Of a stretch of 64,000 nucleotides of DNA, positions 60,423-64,000 are shown piece by piece. This DNA comes from Fonticula alba ATCC 38817 (taxonomy: Eukaryota > Protista > Nucleariida). Under the pieces are notes generated by a model. It worked only from the letters and a program-made list of their open reading frames with translations. It was not told the origin of the DNA and did no database searches. The DNA lies in assembly GCA_000388065.2 (NCBI GenBank), contig KB932201.1; one strand, 5' to 3'. The stretch's first letter is position 1, and each line of letters opens with the position of its first letter. The position numbers and the translations under genes were made by a program.

Positions 60423-62929
60423 GTGTGAGAGAGAGGGAGGTGGGAGCTCGGTCGAAAGGCGCGCTCGGTCCCTGTCCGGGCCGGGGGGGGGGCTTGCGTC
60501 TGTTGTGCGTGATTGGCTGTTCTGAGCTTGCAGGCCGGCTTCTCGGCAGCACCGGGTTCAGGTGCCTCGGCACTCGGGCGCCCCGGTCTGGCGCGGATAA
60601 ATGCACCATGAGTTTGGAGGCGCCCCTGCAGTGGGGCTGGGTCGTGAACCGAAAAAGGCCCTCCCAGCGCCCGTGCCACCCCGGGCGCGGCGCCACGCCC
60701 GGGCCCCTCCCGGACAAGCGAGGCGCGCCACATGCAGAACCGTGTGCTGGTTAATGATTCGCCCTGGCCCGGCCTCGCTGCTGTTTCCGAGGGCGGCCTC
60801 AGGGTGGCGGCTTGTCGCCGGTCCCCCTGCCGAGGGTGAGCCAGCCCGGCGGGGCGCGGGGGCCCTCGCGAGCGGAAGCACGCCGTACCCTTATGCAATG
60901 GCAAATGCCACTACTCACCAACTCCGATGGGGGTGAAGGACCATTTTGTTCATGTATTCCCCCCCGGTTATGGGCGGGCAGCGGGGGGCCAGCCAACTCG
61001 GTCCAGAGGGCGGAGGGGGGGGGGGCAGGGAGGGGGGCTGCTACATGGGTCGCTCCGTTCACTCCCCCCCCCCCCCTTCCCGGCCGCCGCCACCGAGACC
61101 ACGTCGAAGACACCTATACTGACATGTGGGCCGGCTTCCATGGAACAAAGGACAGGGGGGTCGTCGGCCAAGGGTGGAGGGAGCGGCGCCCTCTTCTGCC
61201 ACGCCCCTGGCGTGACCACTCTCTGGGCCCTTCGAGGCTCGAGGCGAGGAGGCGCCTTCGGGCGGCATACCGGTGGACGTGAGCCTTCGAAAGGGAAGAG
61301 TGGGGGAGCCTCGCCGTAAGCCATGGGAGTCATATATGTCGTGCGGCTCTGTGAATGGGGAGGAGGGCGCAGAGGGAAGAAATATGCTCGGCCGCGAGTC
61401 ATATTTTCCGGCTGCCCCATCCGGGGGATTGTTTTTTCCCCTCACCAAGAGCCTGGACCTATGGGTTCCCCGTGCAGTCGTGGCCTCCCCCCCCCCCCTT
61501 TCCCCCATGAGAGCACATGGAGGGGGCACTCTCCAGAGCAGTGCCGGAGGCTTTGCTCGCTGCCCCCCCTCGCCTGGCCCCGATCGGCCCACCAGTGTGT
61601 GGGTCTGGACACGCGCACCCTGTGCGGGCCCCGGCCACCCCAGAATGCAAGGGGGACGGGGTAGAGCAAATCGGCTTGAGGCCCATGCTGGGGCCGTCAC
61701 CGGCCCACAGCCGGGACAAGGCTCGTGTGCGTGTGTATGCTGGCTCGCAGCTGTGAGTGGGCTTGGGTGCATATGGATGTGCAAGCGTTCTTGCCCGCGC
61801 CCGGGTCGCCTTCCGGGAGGATGCTCGGAGGGAAGGCATGTCTGTGGGAGAGTCTCCCGAGACCCCACAATCAAGGAACTTGGCGGACTCACGCCCAAGC
61901 ATCTTGGGAAGCGCGTAATCCCGACACAGGGGCACGGACAGGGAGGTTGCAGGGGCACAGCGGGACTGCCTCTGTGCGACATGACCGCGCGGTCCTGCGG
62001 TCCAGCAGTAGCCATGCCGGGAATCCTCCATTGGACAGAGGGCTCGGCGGCGAGGGAGGCCTTGAGGCAGGGCATGGGGGAGGGAGGGGGGGGGGGAGGC
62101 CTGTGAAAGTGGCTCTCGAAGGGGAGCAACGTCCTCCCCTGGCGGTGGCAGCCCTCCTGGGAGGGCGCCCCTCTTGCGCATGCGCGCGCATGCTTGCGCC
62201 ATCTCGCCCCGGCTATTCTCGCTCTTGGCCACAGGCGCGCCCTTTTTGTCTTCGGGAACGTCGGCACCGCCCCTGCCGGCCCGGCGAGAAGTCTATGTGT
62301 TCGACCCCGGGCCCCCTCCGTCGCCTTCGCCCTGCCATGCCGCCTTGTCGCCCCCCTCCCCCCCCCCCCCCCCCCCCGGGGCTCGGTAAGCATTGCGGGG
62401 CCGGTTCTTGGTGCGCTGCGCAACGGGAGAAACCCTGATCATGGTGGCACCGCGGGGAGGGCCGGGCGGGAGCGAGGCCGCGCATCATGGTTTCGGTGGA
62501 GGCTTCTTCACATGCGTGGGGGGCGGCCGAGTGGCTCACCACTGTGAGGCTGGGTACAAATGTGTGTGTGAGGATGTATTGCCCCGGTGTGCGTGTGTGT
62601 GTCGTGTGTCCGCGAAGGGCCCGCAATCGAGCGCACGAAGCACGCGACCGGTGTTAATAGGCTCGGTCAAATCGCGCGGTTCCCAAGATGCACATGCATA
62701 CCCCCCCCCCCCCCCCCCGGACAAAGGACAAAGGCTGCCCCAGGTGCTCGGCAAGCCTAAGTCACAAACTGCGATGCGGGTCCCCGCGAGGCGGGGCAAA
62801 AGGAGGGGGCCACTGGTGAGGATGACATAGGATCGAGCGGGTGGGTTCCGATTGCCGGCATGTCGCCAGGTGCGGCTGCTGCCCGGGCCCGAGTCACCAA
62901 GGGGATAGCTATATGCCGGAGGCCCGAAT

Positions 62930-63147
62930 GGCATTGAGCCATACTCGAAGAAAAGTGCGAAGCCGCGCCCCCCCCCCCCCCCCTGGGGATTGTGTCGATA
63001 GCAGCCGCGGTGGAAGTGTCCGTGACCTCGTCCNNNNNNNNNNGGCATTGAGCCATACTCGAAGAAAAGTGCGAAGCCCCGCCCCCCCCCCCCCCCCTCG
63101 GGATTGTGTCGAGAGCAGCCGCGGTGGAAGTGTCCGTGACCTCGTCC
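62930..63147. repeat. 104-bp direct repeat either side of a 10-N gap (62930-63033 and 63044-63147)
   Basis: Copies differ at about three positions near the C run; typical of overlapping contig ends in a scaffold. Confidence 0.8.
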
Positions 63148-63884
63148 AACGGGCGTTCCTGATATTGCGATACCACCCTCGACAGGGATTCACCGCGTGT
63201 ATTCTTACCTAAAGATGCGCTTACATACATATATATAAAAATGTGTCTGTGTGTGTGTGTGTCCGCGCGCGGGCAAACGCATGTGCGGAAAAAAGGCCCC
63301 GAAGCAAAAGCATGGGCACCCGAGGGCCGGAATATGCAATGGCCGGTGTGTCCAAGCGACGGGCATGTGAGGTCTCAAGTGCCGAACTGCATGCCCGGAA
63401 TCCTCTCATGAGGTGGACTCCGGTGGCCCGGCATTAATTCCCCACTCCGCCGGGGTGGCCCCTTGGGGGAGGGGGGGGGGGGGGGGGGCGCGCGCGCGCG
63501 CGCGCGGGAGAACTGGCGTCCCGGGGACGCCGGTGGAGCGCCGCAAGCTCTCCCTGCGACTTGGTCCCCCCTAGCCCGCCGGCACCGCGGCGCTCTGTCA
63601 GGTGTTCCAAATGTGGTCCGGGCGCTCCGGGAGCAAGCGGGGGGGGGGCGGGGCGGGGCGGCAGGCGATTTGAGAGAGTGCGTGTGCGAATGGAAACACG
63701 AGCTTTGGGCCTGGGCTGCAGGTGTGCCCGCCTTCCGAAGCTGGTTGTGGGGTTATCGCACAATCAGTTGTGGGGTAGGTCTTAGGGTTCGGGCGGGTTT
63801 TCCGCGCACAGTGCACTGTGTTGCTGGGCGAGTGAAAACCGCGGGACCATCAGCGCAGGACCGCCAACGGCGAGGGGGCGGCGG

Positions 63885-64000
63885 GGGCTTGGGTGCATAT
63901 GGATGTGCAAGCGTTCTTGCCCGCGCCCGGGTCGCCTTCCGGGAGGATGCTCGGAGGGAAGGCATGCCCCCTCGCCTGGCCCCGATCGGCCCACCAGTGT
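63885..64000. repeat. Rearranged copy of the 61565-61840 sequence (63885-63966 = 61759-61840; 63967-64000 = 61565-61598)
   Basis: Exact 82-bp and 34-bp matches joined in permuted order. Confidence 0.85.

Noticed and set aside
62296-62320. GTTCGACCCC resembling a tRNA T-loop/B-box
   Set aside because: Flanks do not form a T stem, and there is no D arm or acceptor stem.
62930-63147. Tandem 104-bp repeat as a biological element or CRISPR-like array
   Set aside because: Only two copies, separated by a 10-N scaffold gap; best explained as overlapping contig ends.

Overview
GC-rich eukaryotic genomic DNA from a draft assembly with nine N-gaps, most flanked by G/C homopolymers. Introns are short (about 80-270 nt), pyrimidine-rich and GT-AG, with GTRCGY-type donors. 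Microsatellites are abundant. The style resembles the nucleariid amoeba Fonticula alba, but that is my inference and not verified. Nine protein-coding genes can be reconstructed by hand: MTH1/NUDT1 Nudix hydrolase (-), a triple calponin-homology DH-PH Rho GEF (+), an ALDH10/BADH-like aldehyde dehydrogenase (+), DEAD-box helicase DDX24/Mak5 (-), a large RasGEF (+), Hsp110/HSPA4 (-), TDP1 (-), an intronless LRR protein (+) and proteasome DUB RPN11/PSMD14 (+). Most other listed ORFs look like spurious GC-rich or microsatellite frames. Best leads: (1) an upstream exon encoding a transmembrane helix that can splice in frame onto Hsp110, predicting a membrane-anchored Hsp110; (2) a TDP1 N-terminus with a SIM-PBZ-SIM arrangement, a possible dual SUMO/PAR reader; (3) a Trix-like 3xCH-DH-PH GEF; (4) an LRR protein with an LRRC58/LRRC28-like Cys motif and a PDZ-ligand tail. 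Several apparent duplications are probably assembly artefacts, including one around an embedded Illumina adapter.
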